In this document: positions 25,377 to 38,295 of the stretch, in pieces
Position numbering within the stretch: position 1 is the first letter of the stretch
Layout: each line of letters starts with the position of its first letter
Source of the DNA: an uncultured Thermoleophilia bacterium
Lineage (GTDB): Bacteria; Actinomycetota; Thermoleophilia; UBA2241
Direction of reading: 5' to 3'
DNA length: 64,000 nucleotides
Assembly (NCBI GenBank): GCA_963715985.1
Contig: CAVQSP010000014.1
Coordinates: forward strand, 416,001 to 480,000
The notes under the pieces: generated by a model
Told to the model about the DNA's origin: nothing
The model's input: only the letters and a program-made list of their open reading frames with translations
Database searches by the model: none
Made by a program: the position numbers and the translations under genes

Positions 25377-26522
25377 GTGGATTGGCGCTCCTACCTGCGA
25401 CACCTGGACTACATCCTGCTGGCCGCCACGGCCGGGATCATCGCCTACGGCGTGTCGCTGGTGTACTTCGCGACGCGCCACGACATCGCCGGCCAGTCGC
25501 TGTACTACGTGGCGCAGCAGCTGCAGGCGATGGCCGTGGGCCTCGTCGCGGCCATCGCCATCACCATCCTGGACTACGAGCTCTACCGGCGCTTCCAGTG
25601 GCTCGTGTACGCGTTCGCGGTGTTCATCGTCGCGGCGGTGCTGCCGCTGGGTGAGGTCGTCAACGGCGCGCGGCGCTGGATCGACCTCAAGGTCACGAGC
25701 TTCCAGCCGTCGGCGCTGGTGCTTCTGCTCATCGCCCTTGCCATCGGCGCCTACCTCTCCGACCGCATGGACCTGCTGGGGGCCAAGCGCGTGACCGCCG
25801 TGGCCCTGGCCATGGCGGCCGTGCCCGCGTTCCTCGTCTACCAGGAGCCCGACTTCGGCTCCGCCATGGTCATCGTGGCGCTGACCCTGGGGATGCTCTA
25901 CTTCTACGGGACGCCGTGGACCCACTTCGCCGTGCTGGCCGGGGGCGCGGTCGGGGTCTTCGTGATCGCCCTGAAGGTCCTCCCCATGGCCGGCGTCCAC
26001 GTGATCCAGCAGTATCAGGTGGACCGGCTCTTCGTCTTCCTCAACGCCGGCGAGAACCCGAGCGGCTCCGGCTACAACATCATCCAGTCCATGATCGCCG
26101 TGGGGGCCGGGGCGCTCACCGGTCGCGGCGACCTGGCCACGCAGACTACGCTCGACTTCCTGCCGGAGCACCACACCGACTTCATCTTCGCGGTGCTCAG
26201 CGAGCGCAACGGGTTCCTGGGTGCCGTGCTGCTGCTGGCCCTCTACGGAGTCATCATCTGGCGCTGTCTGCGCATCGCCACACTGTCGCGCGACATGTAC
26301 GGAAGCATCCTTGCGGGGGGCATCGGCGTGATGATCTTGTTCCAGGTATTCGTGAACATCGGGATGACGATTGGTATCATGCCGGTAACGGGCATCCCGT
26401 TACCGTTCGTGAGCTACGGCGGCACCGCGATGATCGTGTTCCTGATGTTCGTCGGACTGCTGCAGGCCATCCACCTGCGCGCGACCGTCGAGCCCGGCGC
26501 CGGAGGGCCGCTTGTCCCATAG
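25377..26522 (+). CDS. rodA: Rod shape-determining SEDS glycosyltransferase RodA
   Basis: NGARRWI, FQPS, EPDFG, LPEHHTDFIF, PVTGIPLPFVSYGG. Confidence 0.94.
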   Translation: MDWRSYLRHLDYILLAATAGIIAYGVSLVYFATRHDIAGQSLYYVAQQLQAMAVGLVAAIAITILDYELYRRFQWLVYAFAVFIVAAVLPLGEVVNGARRWIDLKVTSFQPSALVLLLIALAIGAYLSDRMDLLGAKRVTAVALAMAAVPAFLVYQEPDFGSAMVIVALTLGMLYFYGTPWTHFAVLAGGAVGVFVIALKVLPMAGVHVIQQYQVDRLFVFLNAGENPSGSGYNIIQSMIAVGAGALTGRGDLATQTTLDFLPEHHTDFIFAVLSERNGFLGAVLLLALYGVIIWRCLRIATLSRDMYGSILAGGIGVMILFQVFVNIGMTIGIMPVTGIPLPFVSYGGTAMIVFLMFVGLLQAIHLRATVEPGAGGPLVP

Positions 26523-26523
26523 C

Positions 26524-27436
26524 GTGAGCATCTCGAAGATCTACAAAGCCTTCACCGAGGCGCGCACCGACGAGGACCATATCGCGCGCCTCTGCGTGGT
26601 CGGGTGCGGAGCCCGAGCTGACGCGAGTCGTCGGTCACCTCTCGGCCGGGGCGGTCGACGGGCACGGCGGCGTGAGCGCCGCCCTCGACGCGCTCTCCCC
26701 GGCCGACTTCCCCCGTGACGCAGCGCTCGTCTCGCGCTGGGACATCGTCGTGGTCCTGGCCACCGGCGCCGACGCGGACGAGCTCGAGCCCGTGGTCGCG
26801 ACGGCGCGTGCCGGCGGCCGCCAGGTGGTGGCGCTGGTGCCGACGCCGCACGGGCCCTGGGCCGATGCCGCCGGCGTGACCGACGATGAGGTCGCTCACC
26901 ATCTGGCCGACGAACACGGGACCTCGCCCACGCTGGAGAACCGCATCGTGCACGCCGCGGGGGACGCGGGGGTGTCGCTGGCCGTCCAGCTGCCGTCGCT
27001 GCGCCGCGCGTACTGCGACCGCGTGGTGCTCGCCAACGCCACGCAGAACGCCGTGATCGGCGCCGTCGTCATCATCCCCGGCGCCGACATGCCCGCGATG
27101 ACGGCCAACCAGGTCCGCATGGTGCTCAAGATCGCCGCCGTCTACGGGGAGCAGGTGGGTCTCGACCGTGCCGTCGAGATCGCCTCCGTGGTCGGCACCG
27201 CTTTCGTGTTCCGCGCGCTCGCGCGCCAGGCGCTCGACTTCGTGCCCGGATTCGGCTGGGCCCTCAAGGGGGGCGTCGGCTTCGCGGCCACCGTAGCTCT
27301 GGGCGAGGCCGCCATCGCGTATTTCGAGGCTGGGGCGCCGCTCCAGGTCTCGCACATGCAAAGGATTAGTCAGCAACTTGAACGAGCACGCTCGAAGCTG
27401 CCGGGATTCCTGCAGCAAAGGATCGGCCCGAGATGA
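26524..27436 (+). CDS. DUF697/EcsC-like protein; frameshift near 26620
   Basis: C-terminal NATQNAVIGAVVIIPGADMPAMTANQVRMVLKIAAVYG...VPGFGWALKGG pattern. Confidence 0.65.
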
Positions 27437-29160
27437 AGTAGAGAGGCTGCTGGCGCGCGTCACGCGCCCCGGGCGCTACGTGGGCGGCGAGTTCAACCTC
27501 CGCCTCAAGCCCGGCGCGAGACCGCGTATCGTACTGTCCTACCCGGACGTGTACGAGATCGGCATCTCCAATCCGGCTCTGCAGATCCTCTACACGCAGC
27601 TGAACGACGATACGTCTGCGGGGGCGGAGCGCGCCTACTGCCCGTGGCCGGACATGGCCGGGCTGATGCGCTCTGCCGGCGTCCCCCTCTGGACGCTCGA
27701 GAGCATGGAGCCGGTCGCCTCGTGCGACCTCTGGGGCTTCACGCTGCCGCACGAGCTCACGTACACCAACGTGCTGGAGATGCTCGACCTGGCCGGCGTC
27801 CCTCTCCACGCGGCGGAGCGGGGCGAGGGTGACCCCATCGTCCTGGGCGGCGGCCCCTCGGTGGCCGATCCGTGGCCGCTCGCTCCGTTCTTCGACGCGT
27901 TCTTCGTGGGCGAGGTCGAGCCCCGGCTCGCGGCCATCGTCGCGGCGCTGGACGCACCCACGCGTGCCGCCCGCCTGGCCGCCGTGGCGCAGGTGCCGGG
28001 CGTGTGGGCGCCGGGCCTGAGCGCCGGGCCGGCCTGCCGCCAGATCTTCATGGAGTTCTCGCGGACCCTCCCCGTCGTGCGACCCGTCGTCCCCGTGTTG
28101 GAGGCGGTCCACGACCGGGCCGTGGTGGAGGTCATGCGCGGGTGCACGGCCGGCTGCCGCTTCTGTCAGGCCGGCATGTGGTACCGGCCGGTGCGCGAGC
28201 GCCCGGTGGACCTTGTGGTGGAGGCGGCGGAGCGTCTCCTGGACGAGACAGGCTGTGACGAAGTCTCGCTGCTCTCGCTGAGCTCCTGCGACTACTCCGG
28301 GGTGGAGGAGGCGCTGACGCGCATCCGCAGGCTGCGCCCGGGCCTGCGCGTCTCTCTGCCGTCCCTGCGCATCGACTCGGCGGCGGACCAGCTGCGCAGC
28401 TTTGCGGAGGACCAGCGCGGCTCGGTCACGCTGGCGCCCGAGGCCGGCACCCAGGAGTTGCGTGACGCCATCAACAAGGGCGTGGACGAAGCGCAGTTCG
28501 AGGAGGCCGTGCGAGCGACGTTCTCAGGCGGTTTCACCGGCCTGAAGCTCTACTTCATGGCGGGGCTGCCCGGGGAGACGGACGCAGACGTGCTGGGCAT
28601 CGCCCGCATGACGGACACGGCCGCGCGGCTGTCGCGCGAGATCGCGCGCGGCCGCGCGCGGGTGTCGGTCTCGGTGTCGTCCTACGTGCCCAAGCCGCAC
28701 ACGCCGCACGAGCGTGAGCCGTTCGCCGGCGCGGACGTGCTGCGCCGCCGGCAGGCGCTGATCCGCGAGGCGATGCCGCGCGGCGTGCGCGTTGCCTTCC
28801 ACGACGTGGCCGCCTCCTGCGTGGAGGCGTATCTGGCCCGCGGCGGGGAGGGCAGCCACAGGCTGGTGGAGGAGGCTTGGCGGCGCGGGGCCCGCTTCGA
28901 CGGCTGGAGCGAGCACTTCCGCTGGGACGCGTGGGCGGACGCCGCAGCAGCGCTGAGTCTGGACCTCACCGCCGCCGGCGTGCCCGCGGCAGGCCCACTG
29001 CCCTGGAAGCTCGCGGTGGACAGCCGGTCTGGACCCGGACTTTCTGCTGGCGGAGGCCGAGCGCGGACGGCGCGGCGAGCTGACGCCGGACTGTCGCGAC
29101 GGGTCGTGCGCCGCCTGCGGCGTGTGCGCGGGCGACGTCCAGATGGACGTGCTCGCATGA
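27433..29160 (+). CDS. B12-binding radical SAM protein (TIGR03960-like); frameshifts at the start and near 29030
   Basis: PGRYVGGE, YPDVYEIG, RGCTAGCRFCQAG (CxxxCxxC), SLPSLR, PKPHTP, C-terminal CRDGSCAACGVC. ATGA overlap with the upstream gene. Confidence 0.88.
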
Positions 29161-29838
29161 CCTGGTGGCTGCTGACGTTCGCCCGGTGCGGCCAGGCGCG
29201 GTACCTCTCGCACCTCGACACCTCGCGGGCGGTGATGCGCACGTTCGCGCGCGCCGGCGTCCCGCTGGCATTGTCCCAGGGTATGCGCCCCAAGCCGCGT
29301 CTGTCGCTGCCCCTGCCGCTGCCTGTGGGCGCGGCCGGCTGCGACGAGCTTGCCGTACTTGAAGTACCGGACGGCGCGCCGGCCGGGGCGGACGTGCTGC
29401 GGCGACTACAGGCGGCTGCGCCGCCTGGGCTGGAGCCGCGTGCGCGTCATCGTCGCCGGCGACCGGCACCCGCGACCGCAGGCGCTCGAGGCCGAGTACA
29501 GCTGCCTGCTGGAGGGGGACGCAGGCGCCGTCCTCGCGGCCGTCGAACGCTACAACGAGGAGTCCACGGTCGCGTGTGAGCGCGTCTCGCCCAAGGGCAG
29601 GCGCTCCCTGGACCTGAAGAGATATGTGGCTCACGTCACCGTCGTGCGGGAGGCGGGGGGAGCGCGCGTGCGCTTCGCCATCTGCAACCGTGACGACGGT
29701 TCGGCACGGCCACAGGAGTTCATCGACCTCGTCGCCGGTTGGGCGGGGGTCGTCGCGGCGATGCGCGATCTGCAACGCGGGCGCATCGTCTGGAAGGATC
29801 TGCCGCGGGGCGCTGCCCTGCGGCCGGAAGGAGTGTGA
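29157..29838 (+). CDS. Radical SAM-linked protein (TIGR03936/DUF2344); frameshift near 29440
   Basis: RYLSHLD...RAGVPLALSQGMRPKPRLS...PLPVG; the usual partner of TIGR03960. Confidence 0.85.
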
Positions 29839-29842
29839 CAAG

Positions 29843-32735
29843 GTGAGCCCAGCGAAGAAGGCGGCGACCGGCGGAGAGCCGGCCGAGCCGAAGCAGGGCC
29901 GGCCCGCGGATGAGGCGACACCTCGGGACGCGGCCGGGACGCCCACAGAGAACAGCGGCCCGGAGGCGGGCGCGCGGCGCCGCCGCGGGTCGCGCGGCGG
30001 ACGCGGGCGGCGCAAGTCGCCGCCGCAGGCCATGGCGGCACAGGGGCGCGCCGCGCAGGCCGCGGAGGCACAGGGGCGCGCCGCGCAGGTGGCGGACGCT
30101 CCTGGGGACGCCGCGAAGGACGCGCCGCCGCGGGCGGCGCGAGGAGGCGGTCAGGCACGTGGGCGCGGAGTCAAGTCACCGGCCGCACCCGTGGAGACCG
30201 CCTTCGCGCTGCCGACGGCTCCGCTCGTGCCCATCGCCGCATCAGACGCGGCAGCGCCGCCCGCGCCTGCGCGCGGGCCTGCGGCGCCGTCGGCGACGGA
30301 CGTCGCGGCCGAGCCGCCGGCGCCCTCCGGCGGCGCCTCCAAGAGCCGGCCGCGCCGGCGCGGGTCCCGCCGCCGCGGCGCCGGTGAGGGGGCGGCCGCG
30401 GAGCGTGAGGCGGTAGCGACAGGATCCGCGCAGGGGAGCGGCGAAGCCGCCGGCGGGCCGCCGCCTGCGGCCGGCCCTGCCCAGGCCTACAGGTCCGTGC
30501 CCGCCGTCGCGCGAGGCGCCGGAATCGGCATCGCCGGCGGCGTCTGCCGCGCGAGACGGCGAGAGCGCGGCCGCCGCTGCCGACACGGCCGAGGGCGAAG
30601 GCTCGTCCGCGCGCCGCCGCCACCGCGGCTCCCGCGGCGGCCGGCGCCGTCACAAGGCGGCCGACGCGGCCCATGACGAGGTCGTGCGCGAGGCCGAAGA
30701 AGCGGTCGGCGAGACCGTCGAGCCTCAGGAGGCCGAGGCCGCCCCTGAGGCGGCCGGTTCGGAAGAGGCAGGAGCGGCCGCCGACGGCGCCCTCGCGGCC
30801 AAGCGCCGCAAGCGCGGCACGCGCCGGCGCGGCGCCGCAGTCCGCGCCGATGGCGGCGCCGACGAGGCCGCGCCCGCCGACGAGGCCGCGCCGACGTCCT
30901 CCCAGACCCGGACCGCGCCGGCCAAGGAGTCCGCGCGCGGCACGCGCACGCGGACGCGCGATCGTCGCCGGCCCAAGGCCATCGTCCGCCAGGACGAGGG
31001 CAGCGGCCTGGACACCACGGTGGCCGCGACACCGGTGAAGCGCTCCGAGGTCGCCGTGGAGCAGCCCAAGCGCAAGCTCATCCTCGTCTCTGACGACGGC
31101 CAGGAGCTGCGCGTGGCGCTGGTCGAGGACGGGCGCCTGGCGGAGATCTACATCGAGCGCCCGGACAAGAAGTCGTACCTGGGCGACATCTACCAGGGCA
31201 AGGTGGAGAACGTGCTCGGCGGCATCGACGCCGCCTTCGTGGACTTCGGCCTGGAGAAGAACGGCTTCCTCTACGTGGACGAGGTCACGGCGCCGGAGGG
31301 CGAGAAGCGCGCCCGGCGCATCGGCGACGCGCTCAAGAACGGCCAGCAGGTGCTGGTGCAGGTGACCAAGGACCCCATGGGCAGCAAGGGCGCGCGGTTG
31401 AGCACCAAGATCTCGCTGGCCGGCCGCTACCTGGTGTACGTGCCGGGCGGCAGCGGCGTGGGCGTGTCCCGGCGGCTCGGGCAGAGCGAACGCGACCGCC
31501 TGCGCGACATCTCCAAGGAGCTCAAGCCCAAGGACGCCGGCCTCATCGTGCGCACCATCGCCGAGGGCCACGGGCTCGAGGACCTCAAGCGCGACCTGCG
31601 CTACCTCGCGCGTCTGTGGTCGCGCCTCAAGAAGAAGTCCGAGACGGTCAAGGCGCCGGGGCTCGTGCACAAGGAGGTGGACATCTCCATCGAGGTGGCC
31701 CGTGACCTCTTCAACGACACCTGCGAGAGCCTCATCGTGGACGATGTGAAGCGGCACAAGGCCATCGTCTCCTTCCTCGACAAGGAGGCGCCCGAGCTGC
31801 TTCCCAAGGTGCATCAGCACACGGGCGCGGAGCCGCTCTTCGAGGCGTACGGCATCGAGGACCAGATCGCCAAGGCGCTGGAGCGGCGCGTGCCGCTGCC
31901 CAGCGGCGGCAACCTCGTCATCGACCACGCCGAAGCCCTCACCGTGATCGACGTCAACACCGGTCGCTTCACGCGCGGCAAGGGCCTCGAGGACACCATC
32001 ACCAAGACCAACCTCGAGGCCGCGCACGAGGTGGTGCGCCAGCTGCGCCTGCGGGACATCGGCGGCATCATCATCATCGACTTCATCGACATGGCGCACG
32101 CCGCCAACCGTGAGATGGTGCTGGCCACGCTTGAGGCCCAGCTCGAGACGGACCGCACCAAGACGTATGTGGTCGAGCTCTCTCCGCTGGGCCTCGTCGA
32201 GATGACGCGCCAGAACACCACCGACGGCGCCCGCGGCATCCTCACGCGCAGCTGCCCGGTGTGTGCGGGCAAGGCGCGGGTGTTCAGCGACGAGACCATG
32301 GCACTCAACGTGGAGCGCCGCGTGCGCGCGCTGGCGCGCAAGTCGCAGGCCAAGGCCTGGCTCATCGAGATCAACGGCGGCGTGGCCGAGCGGCTCATCG
32401 GTCAGCGCCTCAAGAAGCTCGAGAAGCAGACGGGGCGGCGGATCTTCTTCGAAGGCGCCGCCGCCCTGCCCGTGGACACCTTCCGCGTGATCGCGGAGGG
32501 TACGGCCGCGCACGTGCAGGAGCAGCGCGTGCCGGTCAAGGAGGGCCAGGAGGTCGAGCTGGAGCTCGAGTTCAGCCTCACGTACAGCCCGCGCGACGCG
32601 GTGGGCTACATCGACGGGTACATGGTGATCGTGGAGGGCGGGCGCCAGTTCCTCGGCCAGCGCCGCAAAGTGCGCGTCACCGGGACGGCTCGCACGGGGG
32701 CTCAGGCCACCGCGCTGAAGCAGGGAGCGAATTGA
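29843..32735 (+). CDS. rne: Ribonuclease E/G family with long N-terminal disordered region and C-terminal TRAM-like domain; frameshifts around 30500-30560
   Basis: S1 domain (AAFVDFG, VQVTKDP...KGARL), VIDVNTG, RQLRLRDIGGIIIIDFIDM, GLVEMTR, CPVC zinc link. Confidence 0.9.
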
Positions 32736-32760
32736 CGGCCCACGCCTGATTGGCTATCAT
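32732..32760 (+). promoter_or_regulatory. Sigma70-type promoter of rplU-rpmA-obgE
   Basis: TTGACG-17 nt-TATCAT. Confidence 0.8.
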
Positions 32761-32788
32761 CAACGGCCGTTGTCTTCAGGGAGTTGAA

Positions 32789-33131
32789 ATGACCAAGTCC
32801 GACGCTACATACGCGGTCATCCGCGTGGGCGGGCAGCAGTACAAGGTGAGCGCCGGCGACAGCATCGTCGTCGACCGCGTGGACGCCGAAGAGGGCAAGC
32901 ACGTCACGTACCCCACCCTCGCGGTGCGTACCGACAGCGGCACGTTCGACGCCGACGCCGCCAAGCACGCCAAGGTCAAGGCCAAGGTCGAGGAGCACCT
33001 GCTCGGCGAGAAGATCAAGGTCTTCACCTACAAGCCCAAGAGCACGTTCAAGAAGACGAAGGGTCATCGCAGCCGTCTCAGCAAGCTGACGATCGAGTCG
33101 ATCACCCTCAGGGAGTCCAAGGAGAAGCCTG

Positions 33132-33142
<11 letters not shown>
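32789..33142 (+). CDS. rplU: 50S ribosomal protein L21
   Basis: [28 protein letters not shown]. Confidence 0.96.
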
Positions 33143-34692
<1,550 letters not shown>

Positions 34693-34756
34693 GCGTCGGC
34701 AGCAGGGCCTCGGGCCCGCCTTGGGCCGGTCGCCGCCGGGGTCCGGCGGGCCGCTT

Positions 34757-34765
34757 TGCTACAAT
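34757..34765 (+). promoter_or_regulatory. Extended -10, leaderless proB
   Basis: TGCTACAAT 6 nt before the GTG start; no SD. Confidence 0.7.
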
Positions 34766-34771
34766 CAGCGC

Positions 34772-35878
34772 GTGAAGACCATCGTCGTCAAAGTCGGCTC
34801 GAGCACCGTGGCCGACGATCAGCTGCACCTGCGCCGCCGCCTGCTCGCGGCGGTCGTGGCCGACATCGCGGGGCTCGTACACAGCGGGCGCCGCGTCGTG
34901 CTCGTCTCCAGCGGCGCCATCGCCTGCGGGCAGTTCGTGCTCGGCGTGGAGGAGCGCCCGCGCCAGGTGCCGGCCCTGCAGGCCGCATCCGCCGTGGGCC
35001 AGGGCCGCCTGTTCGCGCACTACGAGCGCCTCTTCTCCGACCACGAGCTGGTCGCCGCGCAGGTACTCCTCACGAGCGACGACTTCGCCCGGCGTCCCAG
35101 CTACGTCAACGCCCGCAACACGCTGCGCCGCCTGCTCGGCTGGGGCGTGGTGCCGATCATCAACGAGAACGACACCACCGCCACCGACGAGCTGCGCTTC
35201 GGCGACAACGACGTGCTGGCCGCGCAGGTGGCGATCATGCTGCGCGCCAACCTGCTCGTCCTGCTCACCGACCAGGACGGCTTGTACACCACCGACCCCC
35301 GCGAGGACGCACACGCGCGCCTCGTCGCGCGGGTCGAGCACCCCAGCGAGTTGGTCGCGCTGGACGTGGGGGAGGCGTCGCGCCGCGGTGCCGGAGGCAT
35401 GCGCGGCAAGGTCGCGGCGGCGGTCATGGCTACGGCCGCCGACGTGCGCACCGTGATCGCCAACGGCTCGCAGCCGGGCGTGCTGAGTGCGGCTGCCGCC
35501 GGCGAGCCCGTCGGCACCATGATCGCGCCGCGGCCGTCGGGGGTGTCCGCGTTCAAGCTGTGGCTCCGCTACGCCAAGCCGGTGCGTGGTACGCTTGAGG
35601 TCGACGAGGGAGCCGCGGCGGCCGTCGCCTTGCGCGGCGGCAGTCTGCTCCCCGTCGGTGTGAAGGCTGTGCACGGGGGGTTCGCGGCAGGGGACGTGGT
35701 CGCCATCGTGGGCCCCGACGGTGTCGAAGTCGCGCGGGGGATGTCCACGATGAACGCCCGCGACCTGAGGCGCGTGCGCGGCCTTCGCAGCGAGCAGCTG
35801 CGCGAGGTCAACCCGCAGCTCGAGGACGAGGTGGTGCACCGGGACGCCCTGGTGCTCGTGGGCGAGGAGGTCGAGTGA
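34772..35878 (+). CDS. proB: Glutamate 5-kinase with PUA domain
   Basis: IVVKVGSS, LVSSGAI, PIINEND, FGDND, GGMRGK. Confidence 0.95.
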   Translation: MKTIVVKVGSSTVADDQLHLRRRLLAAVVADIAGLVHSGRRVVLVSSGAIACGQFVLGVEERPRQVPALQAASAVGQGRLFAHYERLFSDHELVAAQVLLTSDDFARRPSYVNARNTLRRLLGWGVVPIINENDTTATDELRFGDNDVLAAQVAIMLRANLLVLLTDQDGLYTTDPREDAHARLVARVEHPSELVALDVGEASRRGAGGMRGKVAAAVMATAADVRTVIANGSQPGVLSAAAAGEPVGTMIAPRPSGVSAFKLWLRYAKPVRGTLEVDEGAAAAVALRGGSLLPVGVKAVHGGFAAGDVVAIVGPDGVEVARGMSTMNARDLRRVRGLRSEQLREVNPQLEDEVVHRDALVLVGEEVE

Positions 35879-37122
35879 CCGTCGAACAGATATGTGCCGC
35901 GGCGCAGCGCGCGTCGCGCGTGCTCGCCGGCCTGACGCGGGCGCGCAAGGACGACGCCCTGCTTGCCGTGGCCGACGCGCTGGCGCGCCGCTCGGCCGAG
36001 ATCCTCGCGGAGAACGAAGAGGACCTGCTCATCGCCCGCAAGGAGCGGCTCGAAGCCTCGCTCATCGACCGCCTGCGCCTGGACGAGGACCGTCTGGCCG
36101 AGGTGGCCGTCGGCGTGCGCACGCTGGCCGCGCTCCCCGACCCGGTCGGCCAGCTCACCGACGGGTGGCGGCTGGACAACGGCGTCGAGCTGCGCAAGGT
36201 CCGCGTGCCGCTGGGCGTCGTCGCCGTGATCTACGAAGCCCGGCCCAACGTCACCGTGGACGCCGCCTGCCTGTGTCTCAAGACGGGCAACGCCGTGATC
36301 CTTCGTGGCGGCAGCGCCGCGCTGCACTCCAACCGCATCCTCTCCGAGGTGGTGCAGGGGGCCATGCTCGAGGTCGGCCTTCCGCGCGAGGCCGTGTCCT
36401 ACCTCACGCCGGACCGCCGCGAGCTGGACGAGCTGCTGCAGCAGCGCCGCTACGTTGATCTCGTCATCCCGCGCGGCGGCGAGCAGCTCAAGGACTACCT
36501 CATGGAGCACAGCAAGGTGCCGGTCATCTACGCCGCCGGCGGCAACTGCCACGTGTACGTGGACGCCTCCGGCGACATCGACAAGGCCGTGCCCATCATC
36601 GTCAATGCCAAGTGCCAGCGGCCGGGCGTCTGCAACGCGGCGGAGACGCTGCTGGTGCACCGCGACGCCGCCGTTGCGCTGCTGCCCCGCGTCGCGGAGG
36701 AGCTCCGGCGCCGCGACGTCGAGCTCGTGGTCGACAAGACGGCAGCAGAGATCATCGGCGACCCCGCGCTCAAGCGCGCCAACAAGACGCACTACGAGAC
36801 CGAGTTCCTCGCGCTCAAGCTCGCCGTGCGTGTGGTGGACTCGCTGGAGGAGGCGCTCGAGCACATCGCCACGTACGGCACGCGGCACTCCGAGGCCATC
36901 ATCACCGAGGACCTGGGCGCAGCACGTCGCTTCACCGCGGAGGTGGACGCGGCCTGCGTGTACGTCAACGCCTCCACGCGCTTCACCGACGGGGGGCAGT
37001 TCGGTCTCGGCGCCGAGATGGGCATCTCCACGCAGAAGCTTCACGTGCGCGGCCCGATCGCCCTCCAGGAGCTCACCTGCATCAAGTACGAGCTCTGGGG
37101 GGACGGACAGGTCCGCGGATAG
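35875..37122 (+). CDS. proA: Glutamate-5-semialdehyde dehydrogenase
   Basis: IYEARPNVT, IPRGG, GNCH, VCNAAE, NASTRFTDG, ISTQKLHVRGP. Confidence 0.96.
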   Translation: MTVEQICAAAQRASRVLAGLTRARKDDALLAVADALARRSAEILAENEEDLLIARKERLEASLIDRLRLDEDRLAEVAVGVRTLAALPDPVGQLTDGWRLDNGVELRKVRVPLGVVAVIYEARPNVTVDAACLCLKTGNAVILRGGSAALHSNRILSEVVQGAMLEVGLPREAVSYLTPDRRELDELLQQRRYVDLVIPRGGEQLKDYLMEHSKVPVIYAAGGNCHVYVDASGDIDKAVPIIVNAKCQRPGVCNAAETLLVHRDAAVALLPRVAEELRRRDVELVVDKTAAEIIGDPALKRANKTHYETEFLALKLAVRVVDSLEEALEHIATYGTRHSEAIITEDLGAARRFTAEVDAACVYVNASTRFTDGGQFGLGAEMGISTQKLHVRGPIALQELTCIKYELWGDGQVRG

Positions 37123-37126
37123 TCCA

Positions 37127-37735
37127 GTGGGAGCCTCGCGGCCGCGTCTGGGCGTGATCGGTGGCAGCTTCGACCCGCCGCACATCGCACACCTCGTCAT
37201 CGCCTCCGAGGCCTGCTCCCAGCTCGGCCTCGAGCGGGTGCTCTTCGTGCCCGCCGCGGCGCCGCCTCACAAGACGTCGTCGCCCGTCTCCTCCGCGGAG
37301 GTCAGGCTCGACATGACGACGCTGGCCGTGGAGGACGACCTGCGCTTCACCGAGTCGGGTCTGGAGGTCGAGCGCGACCTCGTGTACACGCGCGACACGC
37401 TCGACGCCGTCGCGCAGCGGTTCCCCGGCCGCGACCTGGTGTTCATCATGGGCTCGGACTCTCTGGCGCAGATCGACTCGTGGCTCGACCCTGACGGCAT
37501 CTTCGAGAGGGCGACCGTCGCGGTCGCGCCGCGTCACGTGGACGCGGAGGACGTGATCAAGGCGGCGCAGAAGCGCTGGCCGGGCGGCCGCATCGTGCAT
37601 CTCGAGGCGCCACGCATCGCACTCTCATCGACCATCGTGCGCGAGCGCGTGGCAGCCGGCCGGCCGATCCGCTACCTGGTGCCGCCCGCGGTGGAGGCGT
37701 ACATCGTGGGACACCAGCTGTACGGGCACCGGTGA
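37127..37735 (+). CDS. nadD: Nicotinate-nucleotide adenylyltransferase
   Basis: GGSFDPPHIAH, PPHK, FIMGSDS, LSSTIVRER. Confidence 0.93.
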   Translation: MGASRPRLGVIGGSFDPPHIAHLVIASEACSQLGLERVLFVPAAAPPHKTSSPVSSAEVRLDMTTLAVEDDLRFTESGLEVERDLVYTRDTLDAVAQRFPGRDLVFIMGSDSLAQIDSWLDPDGIFERATVAVAPRHVDAEDVIKAAQKRWPGGRIVHLEAPRIALSSTIVRERVAAGRPIRYLVPPAVEAYIVGHQLYGHR

Positions 37736-38295
37736 TGGGCCGCGACGAAGCCGAGCGTCTCATCGCGGCGCGGCTCTCGGAGCGCCGCCGCGCGCATTCG
37801 CACAGGGTCGCGGCCGAGGCCGTGGTGCTGGCGGCGCGGTTCGGGGCTTCGGCGGAGGCGGCCGAACTGGCGGGCCTGCTGCACGACTACTGCCGCGAGC
37901 TGAGCGACGAAGAGATGCTGGGCGCCGCCGCCCGGTACGGCATCACCGTAGGACCCGTGGAGGCGCGGCGCCCCAAGCACATCCTGCACGGCCCGGTGGC
38001 CGCCGCCGAGCTCGCGGAGGCCGGCCTGCAGCCGGACGTGGCGCGGGCCATAGCCCTGCACACCGTCGGCGGCGCCGGCATGACCGTGCTGGACAGGTGC
38101 GTCTACCTGGCCGACTTCCTCGAACCGGGGCGCGACTTCTCGGGAGTTCAGGAGGTCCGCGCCCTGGCCCTGACGTCGCTGGACGACGCCGTAGCGGCAG
38201 CCACGCGGATCACGCTGCTCGACCTCATCGAGCGGGGGCGCGGGGTGGTTCCCGAGGCTCTGGCGATGTACAACGAGAGCCATGCCGCACGCTAA
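37732..38295 (+). CDS. yqeK: HD-domain Ap4A hydrolase
   Basis: RRAHS, GLLHD, LHGP, HTVG, YLADFLEPGR; follows nadD. Confidence 0.9.
   Translation: MMGRDEAERLIAARLSERRRAHSHRVAAEAVVLAARFGASAEAAELAGLLHDYCRELSDEEMLGAAARYGITVGPVEARRPKHILHGPVAAAELAEAGLQPDVARAIALHTVGGAGMTVLDRCVYLADFLEPGRDFSGVQEVRALALTSLDDAVAAATRITLLDLIERGRGVVPEALAMYNESHAAR

Noticed and set aside
27378-29579. Apparent fusion of the radical SAM protein and DUF2344 in the ORF track
   Set aside because: The conserved C-terminal Cys cluster and stop lie in another frame ending at 29160, with an ATGA overlap into the next gene; the fusion comes from an indel near 29030.
30030-30095. Short direct repeats as CRISPR or mobile-element signature
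   Set aside because: Only a two-copy in-frame 30-nt duplication in the RNase E disordered region; no repeat-spacer array or transposase is seen anywhere in the window.
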